Shown: piece by piece, positions 56,085 to 64,000 of the stretch
Position numbering within the stretch: position 1 is the first letter of the stretch
How the letters are laid out: each line of letters begins with the position of its first letter
From: a virus
DNA: 64,000 bases
Strand: one strand, 5' to 3'
IMG/VR virus record: IMGVR_UViG_3300047373_000743
Location: 10,240-74,239 of that record
Program-made: the position numbers and the translations under genes
The notes under the pieces: model-generated
What the model saw: only the letters and a program-made list of their open reading frames with translations
Told to the model about the DNA's origin: nothing
The model's database searches: none

Positions 56085-57313
56085 TGGACTATAAAAATGT
56101 AAGCAATCCGTTTATTACTCTTAAAAAATTAGGTGGGGATGGAGTTGAAAAAGAATTCAAGGCACAACTTAACACAGTACCACCTGGTATAGATTATGAT
56201 GATTCTAGGTCTGGTATGAAAAAACCTGATCACTCTTTAAAGTCCGATAATCGTGCTTTGAAAACAAAGGCCAGTGATAATGACGGTTCATTTAAAAAAT
56301 ATTCGGTTACGTTGACCGATGTAGATAATGTATTGTATGAGTATTTTACTAAAGTAATTGACCCACAAGTAGTTGGTCCGGACGGAGATGCGATTCAAGT
56401 TCCGGTGCGACACGCTTCTCCGGAAAGATGGGCAGCTATACAACGAGATGGAGTGTTGAGAGACAGAAAGGGTCAGTTACAAAGACCCATGATTATATTC
56501 ACCCGGTCAGGGTTAGAAAAAAACAATGAACTTGTTACATTTAATAAATACTTGACAATGCCATTCGTTAAAAAGTTTGATAAGTATAATATGTACGACA
56601 AGTTTAGTGCAATGTCAGGAGTTAAACCATCATACGAAATTCATAATATAACGTTTCCTGACCATGTTGTACTATCTTATGAATTTACTATAATTACAGA
56701 ATTTGTAGAGCAAATGAACTCGGTTGTTGAAACAATAAACTTCGCAAGTGATGATTACTGGGGTGACCCAAAAAGATTTAAATTTAGAGCATCAGTTCAG
56801 AATTTTTCAAATACAATTGAAGTACCAAGTGACGATGATAGAATCGTGAGTACCTCATTTTCACTAACTGTAAATGCACATTTACTTCCTGAAATATTTG
56901 ATAGTAAGACAACTACTCAGCGGGGTTTAAGCAAACGGAAGGCTGTATTTAACTGGGAAGGTGTGAGTGAGTCCTCGGACGGCCATATAGAAAAACTACC
57001 TTGTTCCAGGAATTCTTTTATATTGCATAGAAAGCAGAGAATTTTATATTTAAATGATTCTTCTGTGAATTATAGAATAGAAACTTGGAACGATGAGAGT
57101 TATTACGAAATTTCTTTGCTGGACGAAGAGTTTTGTATTTCATTTGAGGTATCTGATGACGGAGACGAATATATTATGTGGGATATAAAAAATAAACCAC
57201 ATAGACTAAATCGTGGAGATACTTTTGAAGTGCAGTTGTCCGGTAAACACAATGCGATGTTGAAGGTCAGTGATCACACTTCTATGTTATTGGAAATATA
57301 TTTTACGAAATAA
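56084..57313 (+). CDS. Tail terminator / sheath stabiliser (gp15-like)
   Basis: VPVRHASPERW..RPMI..LSYEFTI..QMNSVVE. Confidence 0.7.
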   Translation: MDYKNVSNPFITLKKLGGDGVEKEFKAQLNTVPPGIDYDDSRSGMKKPDHSLKSDNRALKTKASDNDGSFKKYSVTLTDVDNVLYEYFTKVIDPQVVGPDGDAIQVPVRHASPERWAAIQRDGVLRDRKGQLQRPMIIFTRSGLEKNNELVTFNKYLTMPFVKKFDKYNMYDKFSAMSGVKPSYEIHNITFPDHVVLSYEFTIITEFVEQMNSVVETINFASDDYWGDPKRFKFRASVQNFSNTIEVPSDDDRIVSTSFSLTVNAHLLPEIFDSKTTTQRGLSKRKAVFNWEGVSESSDGHIEKLPCSRNSFILHRKQRILYLNDSSVNYRIETWNDESYYEISLLDEEFCISFEVSDDGDEYIMWDIKNKPHRLNRGDTFEVQLSGKHNAMLKVSDHTSMLLEIYFTK

Positions 57314-57349
57314 ATTGATTTATCTTTAAAATAAGTGTATCATTTATTT

Positions 57350-57622
57350 ATGAAAAAAGAAAACAACTTAACAAATGATGAAATGTCAGAAATATCCAAG
57401 CTCAACGGAGAATATCAATCTGTTGTATTTTCCATAGGAGAACTTGGATTAAAGAAAACACAGTTGCAAAAAGAACTGAATCGAATTAACGAAGATGAAT
57501 CAGAGCTATTAGATGTATTTGATACGATGAAAACAAAAGAATCTGACTTTATAACTAGACTTGAATCAAAATATGGTCCGGGTAGTTTAGATGCCACATC
57601 TGGAAAATATATTTCGGTTTAA
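57350..57622 (+). CDS. Small coiled-coil protein
   Basis: C-terminal KYGPGSLD..SGKY; preceded by TTGATT-17 nt-TATCAT. Confidence 0.65.
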   Translation: MKKENNLTNDEMSEISKLNGEYQSVVFSIGELGLKKTQLQKELNRINEDESELLDVFDTMKTKESDFITRLESKYGPGSLDATSGKYISV

Positions 57623-57666
57623 TTCCAAAAAAAATAGTAAATATAAGTTTTTGAGATTTTTTTCTA

Positions 57667-57674
57667 ATATTTAT
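57667..57674 (+). promoter_or_regulatory. ATATTTAT putative late box for the tail sheath gene
   Basis: Intergenic; TAGGAG SD downstream. Confidence 0.6.
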
Positions 57675-57742
57675 GAAAAAAGTCAACAACAAGATTTTTC
57701 GTATATTATAACCCATAAATTAAAAATAGGAGACAACCCAAG

Positions 57743-60217
57743 ATGGCAGAAAGAGTAGTAAGCCCAGCAGTATTTACCAACGAGGTAGATCAATCGTTCC
57801 TTGCCCAAGGAATATCCCAAATAGGTGGAGCAATTGTAGGTCCGTTTGATCGTGGCCCGGCATTTTCCCCAACCGTAGTAAGATCTCAAGCACAACTTGA
57901 AGATTTATTCGGTGCACCTGACGGAAAATATTATCAACCTTGGGTGGCACGTGAGTATTTAAAGCACCAAGGTGTAGTTACCATCGTAAGAGTTGGTTCA
58001 CTTGGAGGTTATGTTCAGGATAGTCCAGCCTTAATTAAAGCAACGGCTCAGATTGATTCTGGTACATATGAAGCAGGTGATGAATTTGTCATAGGCATTC
58101 TTGCGAATACATTTAGAAATACCGATTCCGATGTTAAATATGACGGATTTCCAGGTGCAGTCATCACAGATGGTTTGATTGGAGTTGACAAGTCAACTGC
58201 AACAATTTCAATTGATGATTCAGATTCAACAGAGATGATCTCCAACGAGTTTTCAATTGATCCTTCTAGTCCGGATAGCATTCACAATATATTTGGTAGA
58301 GCAGCTCAGAAAAATTCCAAAAGTGCATATCTGTACTCATACTTTGAAGATACAGCTCGTGAAGTTTACGAGGCAGCCGCAGGTGGTTTGGAGTTTCAAC
58401 TTAGTGTAGAAGCTTCAAGTACAGGTGCCGATTCTCCGATGAACTTTGAATTTGAAGAAATTTCAGAAGCCACCACACCTATGATACAATCTCAACTTAT
58501 AAGTGGTGCCAGATATGATCTGTTTAAGGTTGTTACACGCAACATGGGAACACTTGCAAATACAGAAATTAAAATTGGTCTGTATAATATCAAAACTCCT
58601 GGGTCACTGCAAGGTACAGACTACGGAACATTCAGTTTGATTGTAAGACGATTTGGTGACAATGATAAAAACCAAGAAGTTTTGGAAAATTATGATAATC
58701 TTACTTTAGACCCAACGAGTCCTCAATATCTTCCACGTGTCATTGGTGATCGTAGAGTTGAAGTTAATTCTGCCGGTAAAATTATAGAACACGGTGACTA
58801 TGGAAATCAAAGTAATTGGATTCGCATTCAAATGCCAAATGATGCATATGCACCTGCAAATGCAATGCCATATGGTTACGGCCCTTACATGTCTCCACTT
58901 GCTGGCATTAATGTTCCAGAACCTGCGTGGAGTTATGCTTCTCATTATAAGAAGAACTCTGGTCGTTATTTCAACGGAACGGTTTTCAACGAAGAGAGTC
59001 CAGATGGTCTGTTGAAAGTACCTCAGTCATCACGGAATACACTGGAATTGTTTAAACCAATTCCACCGAGAGCAGGAACTGCCGGAAATGGATTCTTCTT
59101 GGATGAGGCAGGTACATATACAAGTCTTGATCCAATTCCTGGACTTGAAGAGTCAGATTATGTAGCTCATAGTACACCTGGTATTGATTCTCATATGGGT
59201 GATTCAAGTGACTATGATAATGTTCGCAAACGAAGATTTCTAGTTGGTTTTCAGGGTGGGTTTGACGGAAAGTCACCAACTCATCCAATTCGTTTAGGTG
59301 CGGATATAACAAACACGAATGTCCAAGGTCTTAATTGCAGTGATCCTGCAAGTGAGGGTACTCAGGGTTACATCAAAGCATTCGCTGCTCTTAGTAACCA
59401 AGATGAGTTTGATATTAACTTACTTGTAACTCCTGGGTTGTCATTAGATTTACATAGAAATGTTATAAATCGTGGTGTCGACTTGTGTGAGACACGTGAA
59501 GATACATTCTACATTCTTGATGCTGTAGGTGCGGCCAAGAATCCGGGTGGGGTTAGTTCTGCTGTAACTGAAGTATCTACACTCGATTCTAACTATGCGG
59601 CCACATACTATCCGTGGGTAAAGGTTATTGATCCTGCTACAAATAGAATTATGCCATTCCCACCAAGTGCGGTTATGCCAGCAGTATTCGCTGCAAACGA
59701 TAAGGTATCGGCCGAGTGGTTCGCACCTGCAGGTTTGAATCGTGGTGGAATAGAAAAGGCTGTTGGTGTTATGGATCGTCTTAACTTCGCAGAACGAGAT
59801 GAACTTTATGAAGGTAAAGTAAATCCGATTGCCGCTTTTCCTGGTCAAGGAATTGTTGCATTCGGTCAAAAAACTCTCCAACGTCGTTCCTCGGCACTCG
59901 ACAGAATTAACGTACGTCGTTTGATGATTGCTCTCAAGAAGTTTATCGCAAGTACCGCAAGGTTCTTGATCTTCGAACAAAACGTAACTGCAACAAGAAA
60001 TCGTTTCCTCGGTATAGTAAATCCATACCTTGAAAGTGTCCAGCAAAGAAATGGTTTGTATGCATATCGTGTTGTAATGGACGAATCAAACAATACACCT
60101 GATCTTATTGACAGAAACATTCTATATGGTCAAGTGTTCTTGCAACCTGCGAAAGCAATTGAGTTTGTTATTCTTGATTTCAATCTTACACCAACTGGTG
60201 CAAGTTTTGAGGGGTAA
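57743..60217 (+). CDS. gp18: Tail sheath protein (gp18-like)
   Basis: VSPAVF..E.D, GPF.RGP, YYPWV, WFAPAGLNRG, FGQKTL, DRINVRRL and DESNNT. Confidence 0.96.
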   Translation: MAERVVSPAVFTNEVDQSFLAQGISQIGGAIVGPFDRGPAFSPTVVRSQAQLEDLFGAPDGKYYQPWVAREYLKHQGVVTIVRVGSLGGYVQDSPALIKATAQIDSGTYEAGDEFVIGILANTFRNTDSDVKYDGFPGAVITDGLIGVDKSTATISIDDSDSTEMISNEFSIDPSSPDSIHNIFGRAAQKNSKSAYLYSYFEDTAREVYEAAAGGLEFQLSVEASSTGADSPMNFEFEEISEATTPMIQSQLISGARYDLFKVVTRNMGTLANTEIKIGLYNIKTPGSLQGTDYGTFSLIVRRFGDNDKNQEVLENYDNLTLDPTSPQYLPRVIGDRRVEVNSAGKIIEHGDYGNQSNWIRIQMPNDAYAPANAMPYGYGPYMSPLAGINVPEPAWSYASHYKKNSGRYFNGTVFNEESPDGLLKVPQSSRNTLELFKPIPPRAGTAGNGFFLDEAGTYTSLDPIPGLEESDYVAHSTPGIDSHMGDSSDYDNVRKRRFLVGFQGGFDGKSPTHPIRLGADITNTNVQGLNCSDPASEGTQGYIKAFAALSNQDEFDINLLVTPGLSLDLHRNVINRGVDLCETREDTFYILDAVGAAKNPGGVSSAVTEVSTLDSNYAATYYPWVKVIDPATNRIMPFPPSAVMPAVFAANDKVSAEWFAPAGLNRGGIEKAVGVMDRLNFAERDELYEGKVNPIAAFPGQGIVAFGQKTLQRRSSALDRINVRRLMIALKKFIASTARFLIFEQNVTATRNRFLGIVNPYLESVQQRNGLYAYRVVMDESNNTPDLIDRNILYGQVFLQPAKAIEFVILDFNLTPTGASFEG

Positions 60218-60240
60218 CTCGTAAAAATTGTTTAAATTTA

Positions 60241-60272
60241 AAAGACCCTCACTTTGGTGAGGGTCTTTTTTT
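60241..60272 (+). terminator. Intrinsic terminator
   Basis: AAAGACCCTCAC-TTTG-GTGAGGGTCTTT followed by a T tail. Confidence 0.92.
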
Positions 60273-60280
60273 GTATTGAT

Positions 60281-60288
60281 ATATATTT
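60281..60288 (+). promoter_or_regulatory. ATATTTAT putative late promoter box
   Basis: 9 nt before ATG 60298. Confidence 0.6.
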
Positions 60289-60297
60289 ATTAAAGGT

Positions 60298-61002
60298 ATG
60301 TCGGAAATAAAATTAACAGAGATATTAACTGAACTTCAATACGATGAGTTTGTTTTGTTTGTTAACAGGTACAAGTTAAACGAGCAATATCATGTTGTAA
60401 ACGAAATTGTTATACCATCAAGACTCAAAAAGATTTGGGGATTTATCAAAGAACTTGGAAAAAAAGTATCTTTAAAGATGGTTGATTTAGTGAAGTTATT
60501 TTTGAATAAAACAGTATTCAAGTTTTTTGCTAAAATAAAGTTTAGTATGGAATGGTTGTTTAAACTTGTCAAGAAGGGATTTAAAGCATACAAAGATGTA
60601 ATAAAGGCAATTGGTGAATATCTCGCAAGTACCAAGATAGGAAAGTGGACAGAAGATAAACTTAAAGATTTAGATGCATTTTTGGCCAAACATCCTAAGA
60701 CTAAAAGAATCGCAGGTATGGCAGTTGCGGGTATTCTAATTTACATTTGGTTGAATATGACATTCACGGGTAACGCAGACTACGACTTTGACATGACTGA
60801 TATGATTCTTGCACTTGGTGGTGGGTTCACTTTATCAACATTATTTGCAGGTCCTGAGGGAATGGCATTATTAACATTATTTGCGACTGGTGTAATTGGT
60901 TTATCGTTTCCTTGGCCAGGTCCACAACATTTTCAGTTTATAGGAGCTGTGTTATATGGATCGGCAAAATTAGTAGGAAAAAAATTAAGGAAAGATAAAT
61001 AA
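60298..61002 (+). CDS. Membrane-type protein with amphipathic N-half and hydrophobic C-half
   Basis: IKLTEILTE leader; hydrophobic segments IAGMAVAGILIYIWL and MALLTLFATGVIGL. Confidence 0.7.
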   Translation: MSEIKLTEILTELQYDEFVLFVNRYKLNEQYHVVNEIVIPSRLKKIWGFIKELGKKVSLKMVDLVKLFLNKTVFKFFAKIKFSMEWLFKLVKKGFKAYKDVIKAIGEYLASTKIGKWTEDKLKDLDAFLAKHPKTKRIAGMAVAGILIYIWLNMTFTGNADYDFDMTDMILALGGGFTLSTLFAGPEGMALLTLFATGVIGLSFPWPGPQHFQFIGAVLYGSAKLVGKKLRKDK

Positions 61003-61084
61003 ATATATTTTTTAATGAAGTGTATATTTATCATTGTTAGTTAAACATTTTTTAAAAAAAAAGATTTTTTGGAAAATTGAAAAC

Positions 61085-61092
61085 ATATTTAT
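61085..61092 (+). promoter_or_regulatory. ATATTTAT putative late box (second copy at 61024-61031)
   Basis: Upstream of the tail tube SD GGAG. Confidence 0.6.
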
Positions 61093-61130
61093 GACAAGAT
61101 AAACTTAATAAAACTGGAGACAATAATACT

Positions 61131-61622
61131 ATGGCAGACTTAATCAACGCAAACGAAATGTTCTTTACTGCATTTGAACCGAAGACTTCTAATCGTTTCA
61201 TTATGTACGTAGACGGAATTCCCGCTTATTTGGTAAAGGGTATGTCCCGACCAACATTAGCAATCGATGTTAACACACTCGATCACATTAATATCAAACG
61301 CAAAGTTCGTGCTGGTAAAGCAGAATGGCAAGATATTACAATGACACTTTACGATCCAGTTGTACCAAGTGCGGCTCAAGCAACAATGGAATGGGTTCGT
61401 CTTTCACATGAATCAGTTACCGGAAGAAACGGATATGCTGACTTCTATAAGAAAGACCTTGTTTTCAATATGCTTGGTCCTGTTGGTGACAAAGTTGAAG
61501 AGTGGAAAATCAAAGGTGCATTCATTAACAATGCAACATTTGGTACTCTTGACTGGTCAACTGGTGATCCAATGACCGTTGAATTGACACTTTCTTACGA
61601 TTACGCAATTCTTCAGTACTAA
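61131..61622 (+). CDS. gp19: Tail tube protein (gp19-like)
   Basis: FEPK..NRF, GKAEWQDITMTLYD, MEW, YKKD, EEWKIKGAF and LTLSYDYA. Confidence 0.92.
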   Translation: MADLINANEMFFTAFEPKTSNRFIMYVDGIPAYLVKGMSRPTLAIDVNTLDHINIKRKVRAGKAEWQDITMTLYDPVVPSAAQATMEWVRLSHESVTGRNGYADFYKKDLVFNMLGPVGDKVEEWKIKGAFINNATFGTLDWSTGDPMTVELTLSYDYAILQY

Positions 61623-61641
61623 TCAATTAGTTCCAGTTTTC

Positions 61642-61675
61642 AAAAAAAAAAACTTCCTTCGGGAAGTTTTTTTTT
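61642..61675 (+). terminator. Intrinsic (bidirectional) terminator with a cUUCGg loop
   Basis: A11-CTTCC-TTCG-GGAAG-T9. Confidence 0.9.
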
Positions 61676-61698
61676 GTTTGTATATATTTATCAATATA

Positions 61699-62040
61699 AT
61701 GAAGTCTGAAAAATTAAAAACACAAATACTTGATATTTTTGAAGAAATACAAACAGATAAGCAAGTAGAATTACAACTTGAGGGATTGAGTGGTGCATAC
61801 GCAAAACTTGCCAAATTCTTGCTTCAGCAAGTAAAAGTTGGAAAGTTTCTAAGAAACTACGACATAGACGATTCATCGGGTAGAATGGTATTCCAAACCG
61901 GAAGTGGTAAGAAAATAGTTTTCAATGACATGAAACTTGGTGTTACTGCAAATAAGACTTGGAAAGGAAGAAAAGACAACGAGTTTTTTGATTATACGGA
62001 TCACAAAAAAATATTAAGTTTTTCTCTTGCAGATATTTAA
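61699..62040 (+). CDS. Hypothetical protein with targeting-like helix
   Basis: Late box at 61684-61691; MKSEKLKTQILDIFEEI..LQLE-G. Confidence 0.65.
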   Translation: MKSEKLKTQILDIFEEIQTDKQVELQLEGLSGAYAKLAKFLLQQVKVGKFLRNYDIDDSSGRMVFQTGSGKKIVFNDMKLGVTANKTWKGRKDNEFFDYTDHKKILSFSLADI

Positions 62041-62074
62041 TAAATAAAATATCACAATTATTGAAATAAAATAT

Positions 62075-62103
62075 TTGACATCAAATATATATTTATATAC
62101 ATT
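62075..62103 (+). promoter_or_regulatory. Sigma70 promoter (TTGACA-17 nt-TACATT) with an embedded ATATTTAT box (62089-62096)
   Basis: Seen directly in the sequence. Confidence 0.55.
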
Positions 62104-62137
62104 ATGTGTGTATATTAAAATTTAAAAGGTTACAACT

Positions 62138-63058
62138 ATGGCAGAAGACAATCCACAATTACCACCAGAAGTGCAACAAGCACTTAAAAATGATGCAGCT
62201 AAGTCAGCATCATCAAATCCAAAAACGCAACGGACTCAGCAAGAACCAACTGCGTCTCACCAAACTGATCAAGTTCAGACTGTTCAGTATCCAAGTGAGG
62301 TGGTTGATTTACCAAGTCAAGGTTGGTTTTATGATCCCACCTCTCCACTTGCAAGTGGTAAAGTTGATATCAAGTACATGACTGCACGTGAAGAAGATAT
62401 TCTTACTAGTCAAAATCTTATTAAAAAAGGTGTAGTGCTTGATAAGTTGCTTGAAGCACTTATTGTATCACCTGGAGTAAAACTCGATGATATTCTCACG
62501 GGTGACAAAAATGCAATTTTCATAGCTGCTCGTATTCTTGCTTATGGTAAAGACTATAAGATTAAGTTCAAAGACCCATCAAATGGTGAAGATGTTGAAG
62601 ACACTGTTGATCTTACTAAACTAGAAAACAAAGAGTTTGATTTTGAGCAACATAATCGTGGACAAAATTTATTTGAATTTGAACTTCCATATAGTAAACG
62701 AAAAATTCATTGGAGTATGTTGACCCATGCTGATGAACGAACCATTGATCAGGAACTTAAATCAATGAAAAAGTTTTCACGTGATAAAAATCAATCAAGT
62801 GAAGTTACAACTCGTTTAAAGTATGTAATTAAAGCACTTGACGGAAACGAAGATAAGGCTGCAATCAAGAAGTTTGTTGATCAAGAGTTACTTGCGAGGG
62901 ATAGTCTTTCTTTTCCCTTCCGCCCGAGTATAAAGTCTCTCTGCACGAAGAGATTTTTAATCTCTCTTATTACAGTCAAGGAGCGTTTTCTCAGGATATC
63001 GCATATAACTTACCAATTTATCTGCGTAGGTTTTATGCAAGAAAACTTGTCGATGTAA
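62138..63058 (+). CDS. Baseplate hub assembly / tail assembly chaperone (gp26-like); C-terminus after about 62914 doubtful
   Basis: VDLPSQG..Y, KYMTAREEDIL, GDKNAIFIAARILAYG, FELP and LARDS. Confidence 0.78.
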   Translation: MAEDNPQLPPEVQQALKNDAAKSASSNPKTQRTQQEPTASHQTDQVQTVQYPSEVVDLPSQGWFYDPTSPLASGKVDIKYMTAREEDILTSQNLIKKGVVLDKLLEALIVSPGVKLDDILTGDKNAIFIAARILAYGKDYKIKFKDPSNGEDVEDTVDLTKLENKEFDFEQHNRGQNLFEFELPYSKRKIHWSMLTHADERTIDQELKSMKKFSRDKNQSSEVTTRLKYVIKALDGNEDKAAIKKFVDQELLARDSLSFPFRPSIKSLCTKRFLISLITVKERFLRISHITYQFICVGFMQENLSM

Positions 63059-63147
63059 AAAACAAAGAAAACGAACAAATAAAGAAGGCACGACAAGACG
63101 CAAAGACAAAGTCTGCAAGCAAGCCTTCAAAACGTCCGTATAAATAA
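62905..63147 (+). CDS. Start-less out-of-frame chaperone partner ORF (gp51/lambda T-like)
   Basis: SFFSLPPEYKVSLHEEIFNLSYYSQGAFSQDIAYNLPIYLRRFYARKLVDVKNKENEQIKK...; no in-frame ATG/GTG/TTG; preceded by TAG at 62902. Confidence 0.75.
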   Translation, partial: SFFSLPPEYKVSLHEEIFNLSYYSQGAFSQDIAYNLPIYLRRFYARKLVDVKNKENEQIKKARQDAKTKSASKPSKRPYK

Positions 63148-63255
63148 ACAAGTTTATTTGGTTTAACTATTGCAACTAATATAAATTAGTTGTGAAGCAA
63201 AATCGTGTTGATTCATATTTATATGCGTATATCTGTATATAAAGGAATTTACATT

Positions 63256-63534
63256 ATGAAAAAAATAATCAAGAACACAGAGTCCAAGAAACTTGTAACT
63301 GAATTTATTGTCAAGTTTGCTAAAGCATTATTGGGTAATAAAGCAAAAGTGATTACCAAGACAATGGCAAAAGATCCTGGTTTAAAAGATGCGTTCGAAC
63401 GATATGCAAAAGAATCAATTAGATTTCAAAAGCATATTGAGAAAAACTACGGAGCAAAAACACCAGAAGAACTTACAACGTCAATAGAACGAGCAAAGCA
63501 ACTAGCTAAAAGTGAGAGGAATACCAAGGAGTAG
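63256..63534 (+). CDS. Hypothetical basic protein
   Basis: Late box at 63215-63222; SD AAAGGA; LVTE site. Confidence 0.65.
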   Translation: MKKIIKNTESKKLVTEFIVKFAKALLGNKAKVITKTMAKDPGLKDAFERYAKESIRFQKHIEKNYGAKTPEELTTSIERAKQLAKSERNTKE

Positions 63535-63537
63535 TAA

Positions 63538-64000
63538 ATGCCACCTGAGTCTCCAGTTAATGAAGAAGAATTAAACGAGCTTCTTGAACAATTTAAAGAA
63601 GCAAATGCTACTTTATATCAACAACTTATTTCAGTAACTGGTGCCAATGACGAAAGTTTAAAAAACTTTATTGCACAAATTGCAAAAAATGAAAAATTAA
63701 ATGCAGACAGTGTAAAAAATATTTTAACTGCAACGGCAGATTCTGATGAGAGTGTTCAAACTTATCTTGATAATTTTGTAAACAATTTCGAACAAGTAAC
63801 CAATAATTCACAAGAACAAATAACTAACATTCTTTCAGGATTTGGGTCACAAACTGCTTCTTTCCAGAAAAACCTAGAAAGATTGCAAGCAAAAGGTCAC
63901 GATTTATCAAAGGCAACTGAGGCTGGTATTGGAAATTTGAATAAACTGCTTACTAGTTTATCAAACACATATTCAATAATGGCACAAGTTCAAGGTGATA
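63538..64000 (+). CDS. Probable tape measure protein, N-terminus (runs off the window)
   Basis: SD AAGGAG; helical N/Q/A-rich frame MPPESPVNEEELNELLEQF... open to the end; follows tube and chaperone genes. Confidence 0.55.
   Translation, partial: MPPESPVNEEELNELLEQFKEANATLYQQLISVTGANDESLKNFIAQIAKNEKLNADSVKNILTATADSDESVQTYLDNFVNNFEQVTNNSQEQITNILSGFGSQTASFQKNLERLQAKGHDLSKATEAGIGNLNKLLTSLSNTYSIMAQVQGD

Noticed and set aside
7427-60120. Numerous minus-strand ORFs (e.g. 7427-8245, 59450-60046, 51555-51875)
   Set aside because: All overlap well-supported + strand genes and have mirror-codon composition.
1-64000. Stop-codon reassignment, tRNA genes, introns, diversity-generating retroelement
   Set aside because: Core genes are intact in code 11 using all three stops. 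No cloverleaf, intron, reverse transcriptase or TR/VR pair was recognised by eye; tRNAscan/Infernal would confirm.

Overview
The window is a 64-kb, almost entirely + strand segment of a large T4-like (gp23/gp20/gp18-type) contractile-tailed phage genome in the standard genetic code. In order it holds: glycosyltransferases, an HD hydrolase and Hsp20; a membrane protein with a frameshifted Pro/Thr tail; a gp55-like late sigma factor; the baseplate module (gp5-like spike, gp25, gp6, a 2581-aa wedge/adhesin, tail-collar-like and FG-GAP proteins); RuvC, primase and a gp47/gp46 (SbcD/SbcC) nuclease split by an inserted GT9 gene; a block of putative capsid-internal proteins, including a kinase and a nucleotidyltransferase-ligase fusion; terminase, portal, prohead protease, scaffold and major capsid; neck, sheath and tube; a tail chaperone with a start-less out-of-frame partner; and the start of a probable tape measure gene. 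The most notable observations are: (1) a recurrent amphipathic targeting helix plus [LIV]xE protease sites that suggest modular virion-packaged cargo polyproteins, including a candidate RNA-repair/NAD enzyme set; (2) the nuclease split inside its catalytic domain, with complementary terminal peptides; (3) about 20 intergenic ATATTTAT boxes, matching the reverse complement of the T4 late promoter and often giving near-leaderless mRNAs; (4) two frameshift junctions. No tRNA, rRNA, CRISPR array or transposase was seen. All family assignments come from motif recognition by eye, not from database searches.
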